Shown here piece after piece: positions 18,526 through 27,504 of a stretch of 42,448 nt of DNA (positions are counted from its first letter, which is position 1; every line of letters starts with the position of its first letter). The stretch is from a virus (taxonomy: Duplodnaviria > Caudoviricetes): IMG/VR virus record IMGVR_UViG_3300046467_003052, positions 1-42,448 of that record. One strand, written 5' to 3'. Under the pieces are notes generated by a model. That model saw only the letters and a list, made by a program, of their open reading frames with translations, did no database searches and was not told the origin of the DNA. A program made the translations under genes and the position numbers.

Positions 18526-19280
18526 ACATAACTCCACATAATATATTTCCAACACATATTACATCCTTTGATATATCTGATGAGCCTGTGTTTGAGTATT
18601 TTTTAGACTTAAATAACCGATTACCAGATGAAATATCGGAAGAAGAAAATACAACAAATTCTTTAGGTAATACTTCGTCATATAAGACATACCAACGTGG
18701 TATAAAAATGATTGATAATTCTGTTGCCTATGCATACGAAGATGAAGAATGGATATGTGTACGTAATGAAGTTAAAAAATTTTTAAATCATTTGGGAAAA
18801 TTATATGTTGAGATGCATTTTAATATGGCTACGAGTTGGGTTAAAACACGAAAATTTGACATTGCAAATTTATGGATAGTACGATATATGGAAGGAGATT
18901 ATCAATCATTTCACACTCATCCCAATTCTGCTTTATCTGGTGTTGTGTTTTTGGAAGTGCCAGACGGTATAAATGAGGAAACATTTCCTGATGGTATGTT
19001 ACATTTATTAAGTAATGGAATATATGATGAAAAAACATTAGAAATAAACAAATCATATTATATAAAACCTAAACCAGGATTAGTGGTATTGTTCCCATCT
19101 TCGATTGGCCATTTAGCATATCCATTTAACGGTCCAGGCAGACGAACAACAATATCATTTAATTTAGATGATGATCAGATTATGTCTGGTACTAGGTTAG
19201 ATAAACAAACTGGAAAATATTTACTTTCTGGTCCAAATAACAAGGTTTACGAGTTAACAGAGTATATTGGTGATAAATAA
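18522..19280 (+). CDS. 2OG-Fe(II) oxygenase-like protein, TIGR02466-type
   Basis: LWIV...GDYQSFHTH..SALSGVVFL, VVLFPSSIGH.AYPF..PG.RTTISFN. Confidence 0.8.
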   Translation: MNITPHNIFPTHITSFDISDEPVFEYFLDLNNRLPDEISEEENTTNSLGNTSSYKTYQRGIKMIDNSVAYAYEDEEWICVRNEVKKFLNHLGKLYVEMHFNMATSWVKTRKFDIANLWIVRYMEGDYQSFHTHPNSALSGVVFLEVPDGINEETFPDGMLHLLSNGIYDEKTLEINKSYYIKPKPGLVVLFPSSIGHLAYPFNGPGRRTTISFNLDDDQIMSGTRLDKQTGKYLLSGPNNKVYELTEYIGDK

Positions 19281-19283
19281 TTT

Positions 19284-19500
19284 TAGGCGGACAAATATAG
19301 TCGCTTAAACAGGAAGAACTGATCTAATCAACTTAACTGTAAAAAGGTAAACTTGATCAAGGTGTGTTTTAACTGACAATAAAGTCCGCCTACCTATGGA
19401 AACAGGATGTTACAAAGGTTCGGTTCGCTCTAAATAACCTCTGCTGTTCGATAAGAAGGCATGTTAAACATTTATCGTAGCCGGTACAGACTATGCGAAA
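19284..19500 (+). ncRNA. Candidate structured non-coding RNA of unknown class
   Basis: 350-nt gap in a dense region; TAGGCGGAC (19284-19292) pairs with GTCCGCCTA (19384-19392) around a long imperfect hairpin, further hairpins follow, and an ATAAATA box lies immediately upstream. Confidence 0.45.
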
Positions 19501-19629
19501 TCAACAAACCGTAATCAACTCGCGATATGATTGCTAACAAAAAGATTTTGCTTTCGTTCTTAATTGAGTATATGGTAATAATACCGCTGATTACATGTTT
19601 TATTTTTTTAATATACTACGAGATACGGT

Positions 19630-19875
19630 ATGCAAAAATTAAAGGAAGGCACAACCTATAAGACAAGCAAAGAGGATTATGTCGCTGTATCTTTGAACAT
19701 AAGGGATAGAGATCATTTCTATGCTATTGTTCACTACCTAAATAGAACGTTAGGTAGAACCGGTTGGAAGGCCCAAAAAAATACCCTTAGAAAATTTAAA
19801 CAAGGGCGATTAAACGTTAAACGTCTTTTTTGGCTTTCTGATCCTTCGGTTTCTATAATATTAAAACTCCTATGA
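19630..19875 (+). CDS. Hypothetical protein (basic)
   Basis: ORF coupled to the next gene by an ATGA overlap. Confidence 0.6.
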   Translation: MQKLKEGTTYKTSKEDYVAVSLNIRDRDHFYAIVHYLNRTLGRTGWKAQKNTLRKFKQGRLNVKRLFWLSDPSVSIILKLL

Positions 19876-20132
19876 TTAATGACGTATTAACTGAACTTCA
19901 AAAAGTAATAGACAGTTTTAATGAAAACATTAAAAGTGAATCAAATGTAAGTGAATTTATTAAGCAAAGTAAACTAGAAATAGTTACGCACGATAATATT
20001 TGTTTTGAATTTATTGTAAACTATATTGAAGATGGCACGTTAGAAAAAGAAATATCAGTATCACAATTAGAAAAAAATGATCCAGAAGATTTATTATCAA
20101 ATTTAGTTCCTGAATCTAAGTTATTAAATTAA
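19872..20132 (+). CDS. Hypothetical protein (acidic)
   Basis: ORF in operon context. Confidence 0.6.
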   Translation: MINDVLTELQKVIDSFNENIKSESNVSEFIKQSKLEIVTHDNICFEFIVNYIEDGTLEKEISVSQLEKNDPEDLLSNLVPESKLLN

Positions 20133-20133
20133 T

Positions 20134-21705
20134 ATGAGAGATATAAAAATAAAAGATATAGTTATTGTGGGAGGCGGAGCCGCAGGCTGGCTTGCCGCTA
20201 TATTTTTAATGAAAAGACAATATAATGTTACAGTAATAGAAGCTAAACACATACCTTCCATAGGAGTAGGTGAAAGTATTCAACCAGCAGTTTCTGGTTT
20301 TTTAAATTTTGCAGGTTACAAAGCAACAGATTGGATGCCATCTGCCAATGCTACATATAAAGTGGGAACAATATTTGATGGTTGGTCAGATAATCAATTT
20401 ATAGTTGATAGCGAATCAGCGGCATTTAGTATATTAGATACAACAGAATATGGTTCCTATGGTACCCATGATGCCGCAATAGCAACAGGTATGGATCCCA
20501 ACGAATGGTCCAACTGGTTTCCCCCTTATAGAATGGCAATAAACAATATATCACCAAAAATGGGGAAAGAACGATTTAACTATCTTAATGGCCACATGGA
20601 ACCCCCGCCCAATGCAGTACAATGGGATAATATTGCAATAATAGATTTTTTAAAACAAGAATGCCTAAAACAAGGTGTTAACCATATTGTTGATAAAGTT
20701 GTAGATGCAAATTTAGATGAAGAAGGATATATAAAAGAATTAATTTTAGAAGATCGAACAGAGAATATTTCAGGAGATATATATATAGATTGTTCAGGGT
20801 TTCATTCTATTTTGTTTGATGTTATATACAAATGCCCTTGGCATTCAGTTCAAGATTTTTTACCAACAAATAATGCCATAGCAATAAGAAAAAAATACAC
20901 TAATCCTCAAAAAGAATGTCATCCTTACACAAAATCTACTGCAATGAATTCCGGATGGATGTGGACAATACCAACATACAATGATTTAACATACGGATAT
21001 GTTTACAGCGACCAATATATAGATAAAGATGATGCAGAACAAGAATTACGAACAAAAATAAATGAATGGGATGCTCCGGCAAAGCATGTACCTTTTAAAT
21101 CAGGAACACGAGATACAATAGCATTTAAAAATGTATATGGCATGGGGCTTTCAGCAGGATTCTTAGAACCGTTAGAAGCAACAAATTTGGTATTTACTGT
21201 ACTTGCAATAGGTAATTTAGGAAAATTGTTATATGAAACAGGCGATATGTACAATGAAAATATGGGATTTCATATAAGCAAAATGTTCGGTGCGGCTGTA
21301 GATGAAATAGTAAATTTTATATATATGCATTATAAAATGTCTACAAAAGATGATACATTATTTTGGAAAGAAGTAAAAGAAAAACCAATACCTGATAACA
21401 TTGTACCTATATATAATGCAATAAAAGATGGTCCTATGTCCCAACAAGCATTTCAAGATATGATGACAAAAAATATGCCAGGATTTAGGTTTAATGAATC
21501 TAACGCACCAATATTTGCCTCAGGGCATTGGTGGCAATTATTAAAGGGGTGCGGCCGATACGAGAATATTAAAAGATCGTATAGCGATGATTTTATAAAA
21601 TATAGTAAAATGGTATTAGATATTCATTCAAATAGAATGGATAATGTATTAAAAACTTTCCCCAACCATTATGATTATTTGACAGAATGGTACGAATCGA
21701 TTTGA
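20134..21705 (+). CDS. Flavin-dependent (tryptophan halogenase-family) halogenase 1
   Basis: GGGAAG, IGVGES, ATYK (catalytic Lys), IDCSGF, WMWTIP, FLEPLEAT. Confidence 0.9.
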   Translation: MRDIKIKDIVIVGGGAAGWLAAIFLMKRQYNVTVIEAKHIPSIGVGESIQPAVSGFLNFAGYKATDWMPSANATYKVGTIFDGWSDNQFIVDSESAAFSILDTTEYGSYGTHDAAIATGMDPNEWSNWFPPYRMAINNISPKMGKERFNYLNGHMEPPPNAVQWDNIAIIDFLKQECLKQGVNHIVDKVVDANLDEEGYIKELILEDRTENISGDIYIDCSGFHSILFDVIYKCPWHSVQDFLPTNNAIAIRKKYTNPQKECHPYTKSTAMNSGWMWTIPTYNDLTYGYVYSDQYIDKDDAEQELRTKINEWDAPAKHVPFKSGTRDTIAFKNVYGMGLSAGFLEPLEATNLVFTVLAIGNLGKLLYETGDMYNENMGFHISKMFGAAVDEIVNFIYMHYKMSTKDDTLFWKEVKEKPIPDNIVPIYNAIKDGPMSQQAFQDMMTKNMPGFRFNESNAPIFASGHWWQLLKGCGRYENIKRSYSDDFIKYSKMVLDIHSNRMDNVLKTFPNHYDYLTEWYESI

Positions 21706-21730
21706 CTTTATTAATTGTTTATGTTATAAT
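21702..21730 (+). promoter_or_regulatory. Sigma70-type promoter with extended -10
   Basis: TTGACT (21702-21707), 17 nt, TG-n-TATAAT (21725-21730). Confidence 0.8.
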
Positions 21731-21736
21731 AGTTAC

Positions 21737-22279
21737 ATGAAGAATCATTTAATGATAGACCTCGAGTGCCTTAGTACTCGACCCGATGCGGCCTTATTAA
21801 CGTTTGGTGCAATACGTTTTAGACCTACAGACAACGATGTAGAAAACGGGCCATTTGATATGGAACATTTTTACAGACGGATTGATCCCGAATCATGTAC
21901 AAACATGGGTTTACAAATAGATCAACCGACAATGGAATGGTGGGCAAAACAAGATGAAGAAGTTAAAGTAGAAGCATTTGATCCTGAGGACAGACACGAT
22001 GTTGCAGATGTATTAAAAGATTTTTACATGTTTTGTAAAGGCTGCGATCATTTTTGGGCGCATGGGTCTATCTTTGATATAATGATAATCGAAACTATAA
22101 ATAGAATATTACAACGAGGTAATCCATGGAAGTATTGGCAAATACGGGATACACGAACGTTGTTTGGTCTCGTAGACATGGTACTTCCAAAAACTGCTAA
22201 ACATCATAGCTTATATGATTGTTATAATCAAATATTGGGTGTACAAGCATCATTTTATTCATTGGGATTAACTAAATGA
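21737..22279 (+). CDS. DEDDh 3'-5' exo(ribo)nuclease (Rv2179c/DUF5051-like)
   Basis: HLMIDLECL, TMEWWAKQ, WAHGSIFD, WQIRDTRT, HHSLYDC..Q. Confidence 0.85.
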   Translation: MKNHLMIDLECLSTRPDAALLTFGAIRFRPTDNDVENGPFDMEHFYRRIDPESCTNMGLQIDQPTMEWWAKQDEEVKVEAFDPEDRHDVADVLKDFYMFCKGCDHFWAHGSIFDIMIIETINRILQRGNPWKYWQIRDTRTLFGLVDMVLPKTAKHHSLYDCYNQILGVQASFYSLGLTK

Positions 22280-22365
22280 ATTTTTATGTAATGTGTTGCA
22301 TAATTATTTTAACTATTATGGCTGGAATAATAGGAGGCAAAATATTAGCAATACTCTATTTATGA
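22276..22365 (+). CDS. 29-aa hydrophobic peptide (MNFYVMCCIIILTIMAGIIGGKILAILYL)
   Basis: ATGA overlap with the upstream stop; fills the gap before the next gene. Confidence 0.45.
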   Translation: MNFYVMCCIIILTIMAGIIGGKILAILYL

Positions 22366-22380
22366 AATGAAAAATATAGT

Positions 22381-22788
22381 ATGGAGGGGCAGTACAGAAT
22401 GGGAAAAATTATAATTGCAATAGTAGTAGTATTGTTTCTTAGTTTGCCGTTAGCCTGTATGAGTTTATTAACTGATAGTTATGGAACATCGAAAGAATCA
22501 GAAAGTATAAAATATCCATCAGATGTAATACATGGATTTATTGAAGGGTGTTATCTTGCATTTGAAGATCAAAGATTTATGTCAGACGGATTATGGCCAA
22601 CTGATTTAAAAGAAATTTGCGGATGTGTAATGGATGGTATTAGAGAAGCAGTACCTTTGCATGATTTTATCAAAGATTGGAATGGTGAATTAACAAAGGA
22701 ACAAGAATCAATGGCAAATATGTTTGGTATGATATGTACCGAACAAATTATAAAAGAAAGATTAAAAAATCAAAAGGATCCAGCATGA
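22381..22788 (+). CDS. Hypothetical exported/membrane-anchored protein
   Basis: N-terminal hydrophobic helix; GC...C.C.MD..R...C cysteine pattern. Confidence 0.6.
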   Translation: MEGQYRMGKIIIAIVVVLFLSLPLACMSLLTDSYGTSKESESIKYPSDVIHGFIEGCYLAFEDQRFMSDGLWPTDLKEICGCVMDGIREAVPLHDFIKDWNGELTKEQESMANMFGMICTEQIIKERLKNQKDPA

Positions 22789-23315
22789 GCAAAATAACTT
22801 TAGGAAATAAATCGCCAAGAGTATACAAATACAATAGCACCAAAGAATACGTTGACAAGTTTCCGTGTGCATATAGACAATACAAGGCGGATAGTCATTG
22901 TAATGTTATTCATGGTTATAGTTTTACTATGAGATTCTTTTTTGGTTCGGATCAATTAGATGTTAGAAATTGGGTTGCTGATTATGGTGGTATGGGAGAA
23001 CTTAAAAGTTTTTTAGATGAGCAGTTCGATCACACATTATTGGTAGCAGAAGATGAACCAGAAATGGATCTTTACAAACAACTAGAAAAAGCAGGAATAG
23101 CAAAACTTACTATATTACCAAAACTTGGTTGTGAAGGTCTTTCTTCTATGCTATACAAATATATGAATGGCGTATTCATTCCTGATATGTGGGGTCCAGG
23201 AGAAGCCGAAAGGCTTTGGTGTTATAGAGTAGAAGTACGCGAAACACAAACTAATATGGCTTGGCGTGAAGGCCATCGAGAATGGGGCGAAGACTTATTC
23301 GATGTAGATGAATAA
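22785..23315 (+). CDS. queD: 6-carboxy-tetrahydropterin synthase / PTPS (QueD-like)
   Basis: CAYRQ..ADSHCNVIHGY, NWVADYGG, FDHTLL, GCE, VEVRET..N; start moved to ATG 22785 (AAGGA RBS). Confidence 0.85.
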   Translation: MSKITLGNKSPRVYKYNSTKEYVDKFPCAYRQYKADSHCNVIHGYSFTMRFFFGSDQLDVRNWVADYGGMGELKSFLDEQFDHTLLVAEDEPEMDLYKQLEKAGIAKLTILPKLGCEGLSSMLYKYMNGVFIPDMWGPGEAERLWCYRVEVRETQTNMAWREGHREWGEDLFDVDE

Positions 23316-23320
23316 TAGAA

Positions 23321-24016
23321 ATGATAGAACAACCTAGAATACCGAAAATTATTGATAGTAATATCTTTAATGTTGATACAAGCAAAGAACGTGACATTAA
23401 AATAACCGACATAGATATAGAAGATCAGTTTCCTCTCAGAGTAATAGAAGTGCCTGATGTATACGAAGATTATGTTTCTGTAAGACAGTTTGCATTAGAG
23501 CTTCCTTGTATGTTTGCTCAAGATTTACAGAAGAATGCTACAAATTATCCAGGTTATAGAGGTAGTTATCTTTGCGATCAAACTCCGTTATGGACATTGG
23601 TAAATTATATTTTATTAAAACATTTTTCTGAAGAATGGGGCGGTCGTTTTACTAAACCGATATATTTTCCATTTGTTACGGGTATAACGAACACAAAGCA
23701 TATTCAAAAAAATGCAGGCAACAAGGCGCCGTTAGCCTCTTTATTACCACACAGAGATAGGCTGCCTCCATCACCGGGTTACTTTGCAGGCGTTGTGTAT
23801 TTAAATTTACCAGACGAATGTGCCGGAGGAACAGGATTTTATACAAGCAAATCGGTTGATGGTCAACTTATGCACGAAACAAAAATGGTACCAAATACTA
23901 TGGTATTATATCAACAAAGAATTCCGCATTCTGCGGAAATAAAGTACGAAGATTATTTAGAAAGATTTAGAATTACTCAAAATTTTTTTATAGGCGATAA
24001 ATATTATTGGTTTTAG
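23321..24016 (+). CDS. 2OG-Fe(II) oxygenase-like protein (DUF6445-like)
   Basis: YPGYR, LPHRD, FAGVVYLN...GGTGFY, N.MVLY...PHSA, RITQNFF. Confidence 0.75.
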   Translation: MIEQPRIPKIIDSNIFNVDTSKERDIKITDIDIEDQFPLRVIEVPDVYEDYVSVRQFALELPCMFAQDLQKNATNYPGYRGSYLCDQTPLWTLVNYILLKHFSEEWGGRFTKPIYFPFVTGITNTKHIQKNAGNKAPLASLLPHRDRLPPSPGYFAGVVYLNLPDECAGGTGFYTSKSVDGQLMHETKMVPNTMVLYQQRIPHSAEIKYEDYLERFRITQNFFIGDKYYWF

Positions 24017-24032
24017 ATTAGAAAGGAATCAT

Positions 24033-24413
24033 ATGGCATACAGCGAAAAAGTTATAGATCATTATACAAATCCACAAAATGTTGGAAGTTTTGATAAAAA
24101 CGATCCAACTATTGGAACGGGACTTGTAGGAGCACCAGAATGTGGTGATGTGATGAAACTGCAAATTAAAGTGGGCGATAATAATAAAATTATAGACGCT
24201 AAATTCAAAACATTCGGTTGTGGTTCTGCAATTGCTTCTTCAAGTTTGGCCACAGAATGGATTAAAGGTAAAACCATAGAAGAAGCAGATACTATTAAAA
24301 ATGTAGAAATTGTTGAAGAGTTATCTTTACCTCCTGTAAAGATTCATTGTTCGGTATTAGCCGAAGATGCAATTAAATCTGCAATACAAGATTATAAAAA
24401 TAAACAATTATAA
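24033..24413 (+). CDS. iscU: Fe-S cluster scaffold IscU
   Basis: MAYSEKVIDHY.NP.NVG, APECGDVM, FGCGSAIASSS, LPPVKIHCS. Confidence 0.97.
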   Translation: MAYSEKVIDHYTNPQNVGSFDKNDPTIGTGLVGAPECGDVMKLQIKVGDNNKIIDAKFKTFGCGSAIASSSLATEWIKGKTIEEADTIKNVEIVEELSLPPVKIHCSVLAEDAIKSAIQDYKNKQL

Positions 24414-24423
24414 AAAAGGTAAT

Positions 24424-24732
24424 ATGTCATTTTTTAAAAGATTAACAAACTGGCTTGCCGGTACACCCACACCTGTTGCTCATAATGAAGCACAAGCAAT
24501 GACAGGTACAATGCCTAACTACGAACCTATAGAGGTTCCTGCTAAAGGCGAATCAAAACCTGCTAAGTCTAAGAAAACAAGCACAAAACATACAAAGGCT
24601 TCGTTAAAGAAAATGACGAAAAGCCAATTAGAAGCATTAGGTAGAAAAGAATTCAACATCGAGTTGGATAAACGCAAAACAAAAGCGAAATTAGTAACTG
24701 AACTTTTGAACACCGTCAAGAAAGTGAGGTGA
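24424..24732 (+). CDS. Hypothetical basic protein with a Rho-N/HEH-like C-terminus
   Basis: LKKMTKSQLEALGR...IELDKRKTKAKLV; start at ATG 24424 (AAGGT RBS). Confidence 0.6.
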   Translation: MSFFKRLTNWLAGTPTPVAHNEAQAMTGTMPNYEPIEVPAKGESKPAKSKKTSTKHTKASLKKMTKSQLEALGRKEFNIELDKRKTKAKLVTELLNTVKKVR

Positions 24733-24738
24733 GTATCA

Positions 24739-25092
24739 ATGCCACAAAAACATTGGGATAAAGGTAGACAAGGTAAACATTTAGGTCACGATGATATAGA
24801 AGGTATGAATATGGGCGAATTATTAGAACACCTCATACAGTGGTATAATGTAACAGATATTAAACCTACCATAGATATTACATCATTCAATAGGCCACCT
24901 TGGACTTTACCCGGCGATCCGTATATTCATAATGCATTAGAATGTTGGAATGATGCAATTAACGACGACGACGGAGATAATAGACACTTTGATGACAGAG
25001 GACATTTTCATCTTTCAATAATGATAAAACGAAAAGATGTTGTCCAACATTTAACTGCGGCGGCCGACGGAGATTTCACTCCAACATGGTAA
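24739..25092 (+). CDS. Hypothetical protein
   Basis: GAGGTGA RBS; His/Asp-rich. Confidence 0.6.
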   Translation: MPQKHWDKGRQGKHLGHDDIEGMNMGELLEHLIQWYNVTDIKPTIDITSFNRPPWTLPGDPYIHNALECWNDAINDDDGDNRHFDDRGHFHLSIMIKRKDVVQHLTAAADGDFTPTW

Positions 25093-25460
25093 CATTAACA
25101 GAACAAGCCGCGACGGTATTATTGGGTATCATGAAAGATCAAACAGTTGACGTCAACACAAAAGTGAGAGTTGGTGTTAAAGGCGGCGGTTGTTCGGGTT
25201 TTACTTATACGGTAGATTTTGAAACCAAAAAAAGCAGATTTGATTTAGAATTTGCGTCGTTTGGTCTTAATGTTTTGGTAGATAAAAAAAGCCACCTATA
25301 CATTAACGGAACAGTAATAGATTGGTCAAATGATTTAAACGATCGTGGGCTTAAATTCAACAATCCTTCAGCCAAAGGTTCATGTGGTTGTAGGACATCA
25401 TTTATGTACGAACATATGGAGACAAACAATGGAAATACCCCAAGCTGGATGCGAGCTTAA
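25086..25460 (+). CDS. iscA: A-type Fe-S carrier (IscA/HesB family)
   Basis: RVGVKGGGCSGFTY, VLVDKKS..Y..G..ID, FNNP.A.GSCGC. Confidence 0.93.
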   Translation: MVTLTEQAATVLLGIMKDQTVDVNTKVRVGVKGGGCSGFTYTVDFETKKSRFDLEFASFGLNVLVDKKSHLYINGTVIDWSNDLNDRGLKFNNPSAKGSCGCRTSFMYEHMETNNGNTPSWMRA

Positions 25461-25845
25461 AATAACAGAAAAAGCCGCTGTAGAATTTACAAATATGTGT
25501 TTAGATGAAGATAGAAATCTAGATAAGGCATATCTTCGAGTAGGTGCAAATTCTGGTGGTTGTTCAGGATGGAAATATAGTTTAGATTATGAAGATAAAG
25601 TTGAACCATCAGACTTGATTTTTGAGCAATATGATGTTAAACTAGTAGTAGACGAATACCTCCTTAATGATATAATCGGAGATGTGGAAGTAGATTATAA
25701 AGTGGGTAATTTGGTTGAGCAAGGTTTTATATTTAAAAGACTTAAATATGAACATGTTTGTGGATGCGGAGAAAGTTTCACACCAATAAAAGATATTCCT
25801 GCAGACGGTAAACAGCAGTTAGGCTGGAAAGATCATTTCAAATAA
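25429..25845 (+). CDS. Second A-type Fe-S carrier (IscA/ErpA/HesB family)
   Basis: LKITEKA, LRVG..SGGCSGWKY, CGCGESF; start at ATG 25429 (GGAG RBS). Confidence 0.9.
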   Translation: MEIPQAGCELKITEKAAVEFTNMCLDEDRNLDKAYLRVGANSGGCSGWKYSLDYEDKVEPSDLIFEQYDVKLVVDEYLLNDIIGDVEVDYKVGNLVEQGFIFKRLKYEHVCGCGESFTPIKDIPADGKQQLGWKDHFK

Positions 25846-25851
25846 AATTTA

Positions 25852-27504
25852 ATGCAAATCAACAAAATAATAATATTAGGTGGTGGTTCATCTGGGTGGA
25901 TGACTGCCGCAGGTCTTATCTGTAGATTTCCTGATAAAGATATTACATTAATAGAATCAAAAAATATTAATACAATCGGCGTAGGTGAAAGTACATTATC
26001 CGAAATAAATGATTTTTTAAAAATGCTAGGTATAACTGAAAAGGACTGGATGTCTTTTTGCAAAGCAACATTTAAATTATCAATAGATTTTACTAATTGG
26101 GACGGCAAAGGTACACGATTTCATTATCCTTTTGGTTTTTATCCTAAATATTTAGAAGAAAAATCCCCTCTTGAAAGAAAAGATCAATGGTTTCAACGAA
26201 AAATATTATGCGATGCTCCGCCTACAGAATATGCTGAGTTTCTTTGGGACACAATTGAATTAATAGAGCATAATAAATTTACCCTAAACGAAGATAAATT
26301 CTTTGATAATTTTCATGCATCATCTCTTGCTGGGGAAAGAGGGGACATTTCTGATCGTGCATATCATTTTGATGCCACTAAATTTGGAGAATGGCTAAAA
26401 ATTAATTATTGCCTGCTTCGCGGAGTTAAACACATTGAAGGTACATTTACAAATGCAGTCCAAAAAGAAAATGGTTATATAGATTATATAAAATTAGTTG
26501 ATGATGAAGAACATTATAAGGCAGATCTTTTTGTTGATTGTACTGGATTTAATAGTGTTCTTCACGAAAAAGTTTTAAATGTTCCTTTTACTTCCTTTGG
26601 TTCAATATTAATAAACAACAAAGCATTAGCAACATCCATTCCTTATACACATAAAAACATTGAAATGGAAACCAATACCAATGCAACAACAATGAATGCT
26701 GGTTGGTGTTGGAATATCCCATTATATGATAGAATTGGTACAGGATATGTTTATTGTTCTGATTTTATTTCAGATGACGAAGCAGAAAGAGAATTTAGAG
26801 AATATTTGTTAAAACATAGAAAATCTGTTGCAGGAAAAGAACCAATACAAGACATTATTAATATAGATATAAAAACAGGTATTAGGGAAGAGCCGTGGTG
26901 CAAAAATGTTGTTGCAGTAGGGTTAAGTTGTGGATTTATTGAACCATTGGAAAGTACGGGATTGGTACTTACACATAAAACTATAACAAATTTGTGTAAT
27001 ATAATTGACATGGGAGATGATGGCGAAAATGTGACAGGATATTTAAAACAATGTTTTAATGCATGGATACATGCAGATATGTCATTTGCATCTTTTGTAA
27101 TGTTTCATTATGCTTTTTGTAAAAGAAATGATACAGATTATTGGAAATATGTTACCAATGACGTACAATATGATGGGAATATTTTTCCATCATGTGAGGC
27201 ATTAAATTATTATAAAGATAAAGTGCTAGGCCCACATGTATTTTTAGAAAACCCATATAAGAGTTTCCAACCACAAGAAGCACTTAGTGTTATTATGGCA
27301 GGAATGGATTTTAATCCGATTCATTTGCGGGATTTACAAGAACAACATATTAGAAGAAAAGAAGATATTAGCCAAACAAAAGAATTTTTACAAAGAATGG
27401 ATAAATGGTTGGCTGAAAAAAGATCAAGAAATTTAAATTATGTGAAAACATTACCAACACAGTATGAATGGTTAAAACAAAATATACATAACGGAGAAGA
27501 ATGA
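25852..27504 (+). CDS. Flavin-dependent halogenase 2
   Basis: GGGSSG, IGVGEST, ATFK, AYHFDA, FVDCTGF, WCWNIP, FIEPLESTG. Confidence 0.92.
   Translation: MQINKIIILGGGSSGWMTAAGLICRFPDKDITLIESKNINTIGVGESTLSEINDFLKMLGITEKDWMSFCKATFKLSIDFTNWDGKGTRFHYPFGFYPKYLEEKSPLERKDQWFQRKILCDAPPTEYAEFLWDTIELIEHNKFTLNEDKFFDNFHASSLAGERGDISDRAYHFDATKFGEWLKINYCLLRGVKHIEGTFTNAVQKENGYIDYIKLVDDEEHYKADLFVDCTGFNSVLHEKVLNVPFTSFGSILINNKALATSIPYTHKNIEMETNTNATTMNAGWCWNIPLYDRIGTGYVYCSDFISDDEAEREFREYLLKHRKSVAGKEPIQDIINIDIKTGIREEPWCKNVVAVGLSCGFIEPLESTGLVLTHKTITNLCNIIDMGDDGENVTGYLKQCFNAWIHADMSFASFVMFHYAFCKRNDTDYWKYVTNDVQYDGNIFPSCEALNYYKDKVLGPHVFLENPYKSFQPQEALSVIMAGMDFNPIHLRDLQEQHIRRKEDISQTKEFLQRMDKWLAEKRSRNLNYVKTLPTQYEWLKQNIHNGEE

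Noticed and set aside
19284-19560. RNase P RNA or SRP RNA identity for the intergenic RNA
   Set aside because: AAAGTCC is present but without GAGG or a downstream P4 partner with bulged U; no SRP helix-8 motif.
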